From positions 777,226 through 841,225 of the forward strand of contig BPJB01000001.1 of the NCBI GenBank assembly GCA_026004395.1: a stretch of 64,000 nucleotides of DNA, read 5' to 3'. Every line of letters begins with the position of its first letter. The first letter of the stretch is position 1. Under the pieces are notes generated by a model. It was given only the letters and a program-made list of their open reading frames with translations, did not search any database and was not told the origin of the DNA. Position numbers and translations under genes: made by a program. Below, one piece after another: positions 61,794-64,000 of this stretch. The DNA comes from Patescibacteria group bacterium (GTDB lineage Bacteria; Patescibacteriota; Microgenomatia; Levybacterales; UBA12049).

Positions 61794-62747
61794 ATGGATC
61801 AACAATCTGGTAGTAATCCACTCCAAGAGCTTGCATCCCAAACCGAAATTAATCCTCGTGAACTGAACGTACCTCACAAACTTCACCATTTTTTGACAAA
61901 AAAAGTTATTATATTTGGTATCGCCTTTTTGATTATCATTATCCTTTCTCTTACTGGCACTTACTATGCATTGCAAATGGAACAAATAAAGAATATTCGC
62001 AAAGTTCCACCATCTACCTCTACTCCAACACCTACTACTGATCCCACTGCAAACTGGAAAACGTATCAAAATAGCGAATATGAGTTTTCTTTCAATTATC
62101 CCAGCAATCTAGTTGTTCAAGAAGAAAAAAAAGAAGAGTATAATATTATCAATTTATCGAGTGCATATAAGCCGCCCTTCTCGGACCATGTAAGTATTAG
62201 ACTATTAGTTTATCCTGATGTTGAAACTGGTCTAAAAGTATGGATTGATAAATACGTTATTCAGGAGTTACCAAGCGGAAAAAGGGGCTCAATCGTATCT
62301 GGAGAAATTAGTTCTTATAAAAATGGAATAATTAATGGCTACTCATTTATTGGTGGAAAAAAATCAATGGATAAATATATCGTCTTCAAAGAAAAAAATG
62401 ATATCTATGTCGTTGTTCTAACTGGTGCAGATACAGGTAGTAGTTATAAAGATAACAAAAAAGCTGAATCCTTACTCGATCAAATCCTCTCAACATTCAA
62501 ATTCTTCGATTCTTCTCCAACGCCAACGTGCATTCCCCGACCAGCATGCTTGGATGCTACCCCTCCTTGTCTAATCCCAGAAACCAAAGAAATGTGTCCT
62601 AAATCAACTCCAACACCTTCAGCTTCCTTCCCATCTTTTGGAGATGATCAGGTAGTCTGCGCAATGGATGCGAAACAATGTCCAGATGGAAGTTTTGTCG
62701 GAAGAACGGGTCCTAACTGTGAATTTGCTGCCTGCCCTGGTAATTAA
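61794..62747 (+). CDS. Membrane-anchored PsbP-like-domain protein with Cys-rich C-terminal motifs
   Basis: TM; WKTYQNSEYEFSFNYP...DQILSTFKF; CAMDAKQCPDGSFVGRTGPNCEFAACP. Confidence 0.7.
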   Translation: MDQQSGSNPLQELASQTEINPRELNVPHKLHHFLTKKVIIFGIAFLIIIILSLTGTYYALQMEQIKNIRKVPPSTSTPTPTTDPTANWKTYQNSEYEFSFNYPSNLVVQEEKKEEYNIINLSSAYKPPFSDHVSIRLLVYPDVETGLKVWIDKYVIQELPSGKRGSIVSGEISSYKNGIINGYSFIGGKKSMDKYIVFKEKNDIYVVVLTGADTGSSYKDNKKAESLLDQILSTFKFFDSSPTPTCIPRPACLDATPPCLIPETKEMCPKSTPTPSASFPSFGDDQVVCAMDAKQCPDGSFVGRTGPNCEFAACPGN

Positions 62748-64000
62748 TTTTTTTTAATATCCTCTAATCTCCACGCTGCAAAATCACAATTGGGATAATT
62801 CGAACAGCCATAGAATCGTCGTCCTTTGCGCGTCTTCTTGACAATAATTTGTCCCCCATCCTTAGGGCATCTCTGCTGCGTCTCCTCTACAAATTGCTTC
62901 GTATACCTACATTGAGGAAACTTATTGCAAGAGATGAACTTCCCAAATTTTCCTATTCTTATTACTAATTCTCCCCCACATTCTGGGCATTCTTCTCCTG
63001 TTTGCTCTACTGCAATTTTTACTCTTTCAGCATCTTTTACCTGATCAAGTCTTTTTTCAAAAGGTCCATAAAAATCTTTCATCATACTAATCCACTCTTT
63101 TTGTCCTTGTGCAATTTGATCAAGGCTATCCTCCATCTCTGCTGTAAAAGGAATATCATCTATGTCATCAAAATTACTCACCAAAAAATCGTTAACAGCT
63201 ATACCGATAGGTGTAGGAACAAATCTCCTATCAAGACGCTCAACATATGCACGATCGACAAGCGTAGAGATGATTGATGCATAAGTTGATGGACGACCTA
63301 TTCCTTTCTCCTCCAATGTAGCGATTATTGAAGCATCGTTATAACGCGGTGGGGGTGGCGTTTCGTGTTCTTGTGAATATGCTTTCTTCGTCTTCAAACT
63401 CTCACCAACGCTAAATTTTGGCAATTTATTATCCTGAAGTGCTTGCGGATTGATTTTAAGGAATCCGTCAAAAATAAGAACCGATCCTGAAGCTTTCATG
63501 CGATATGTCTTCTGTTGATCAGTCGAATCCGCAAATACTACTGTGGATTCGATAAGGGCATCTGACATCTGCGATCCAACTGCTCTTCTCCAAATAATCT
63601 CGTATAATTTAGCACATTCTCGTCCAAGAGTCTTCTCAACTGTTGCTTTTTGACCAGAAAGAAGTGAGTCAAATTTTGTTGGGCGTATAGCCTCATGAGC
63701 TTCTTGTGCTGATTTTTGTTTTGTTAAATAAATTCTAGGTTTATCGGGCAAATATTTTTCTCCATATTCTTTTTGAATAAAGGATCTAATTTGCTTTATC
63801 GCAACAGGTGAAAGAGTGGTCGAATCTGTTCGATGGTAAGTAATATAGCCTTCTTCATACAGCTTTTGGGCAAGACTCATTGTTCGTTTTCCTGAATAAC
63901 CGAAACGACGCGATGCATCCTGCTGAAGTGTTGATGTTGTGTAAGGTGCGAACGGACTTTTTTTCACCTTTTTTTCAATCACATCAGCAACAATAAATCC
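62744..64000 (-). CDS. topA: DNA topoisomerase I, C-terminal part (start outside the window)
   Basis: AQKLYE, ITYHRTDS, QEAHEAIRPT, GIGRPSTYA, C4 zinc ribbons. Confidence 0.97.
   Translation of the reverse strand, partial: GFIVADVIEKKVKKSPFAPYTTSTLQQDASRRFGYSGKRTMSLAQKLYEEGYITYHRTDSTTLSPVAIKQIRSFIQKEYGEKYLPDKPRIYLTKQKSAQEAHEAIRPTKFDSLLSGQKATVEKTLGRECAKLYEIIWRRAVGSQMSDALIESTVVFADSTDQQKTYRMKASGSVLIFDGFLKINPQALQDNKLPKFSVGESLKTKKAYSQEHETPPPPRYNDASIIATLEEKGIGRPSTYASIISTLVDRAYVERLDRRFVPTPIGIAVNDFLVSNFDDIDDIPFTAEMEDSLDQIAQGQKEWISMMKDFYGPFEKRLDQVKDAERVKIAVEQTGEECPECGGELVIRIGKFGKFISCNKFPQCRYTKQFVEETQQRCPKDGGQIIVKKTRKGRRFYGCSNYPNCDFAAWRLEDIKKN

Overview
A 64-kb, AT-rich bacterial chromosome segment read in genetic code 11 (TGA and TAA both end housekeeping genes). 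The 16S signatures and gene content point to Patescibacteria/CPR, most likely Microgenomates (inference). Most genes lie on the minus strand. Housekeeping blocks include uppS, cysS, recR/prs/ebfC/dnaX, ybeY, rpsU, proS, pgl-zwf-gnd, rpsB-tsf-frr-rseP, a dcd-tmk-dut-thyA-folA-glyA thymidylate cluster, a Mur ligase, UDG, a TrmH-family methyltransferase and a partial topA. RNA genes are a stand-alone 16S rRNA, tRNA-Cys and tRNA-Ile. Accessory regions encode cupredoxins next to Cys/His-repeat proteins, three twin-arginine-motif proteins (one interrupted by a stop inside the motif), a large SdrD-B surface protein with an internal strand-skew reversal, a cohesin/dockerin/vWA surface-protein trio, two beta-carbonic-anhydrase-like genes, and an ATP-grasp plus two GNAT-like genes. 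The two most striking signals are (1) a ~30-bp palindrome that flanks a TrpR-like (YerC/YecD) gene on both sides and also sits in frame inside zwf, and (2) the enzyme-free cohesin-dockerin-vWA module, whose two dockerins share 55 identical bp. All calls come from reading the sequence by eye; no searches were run.
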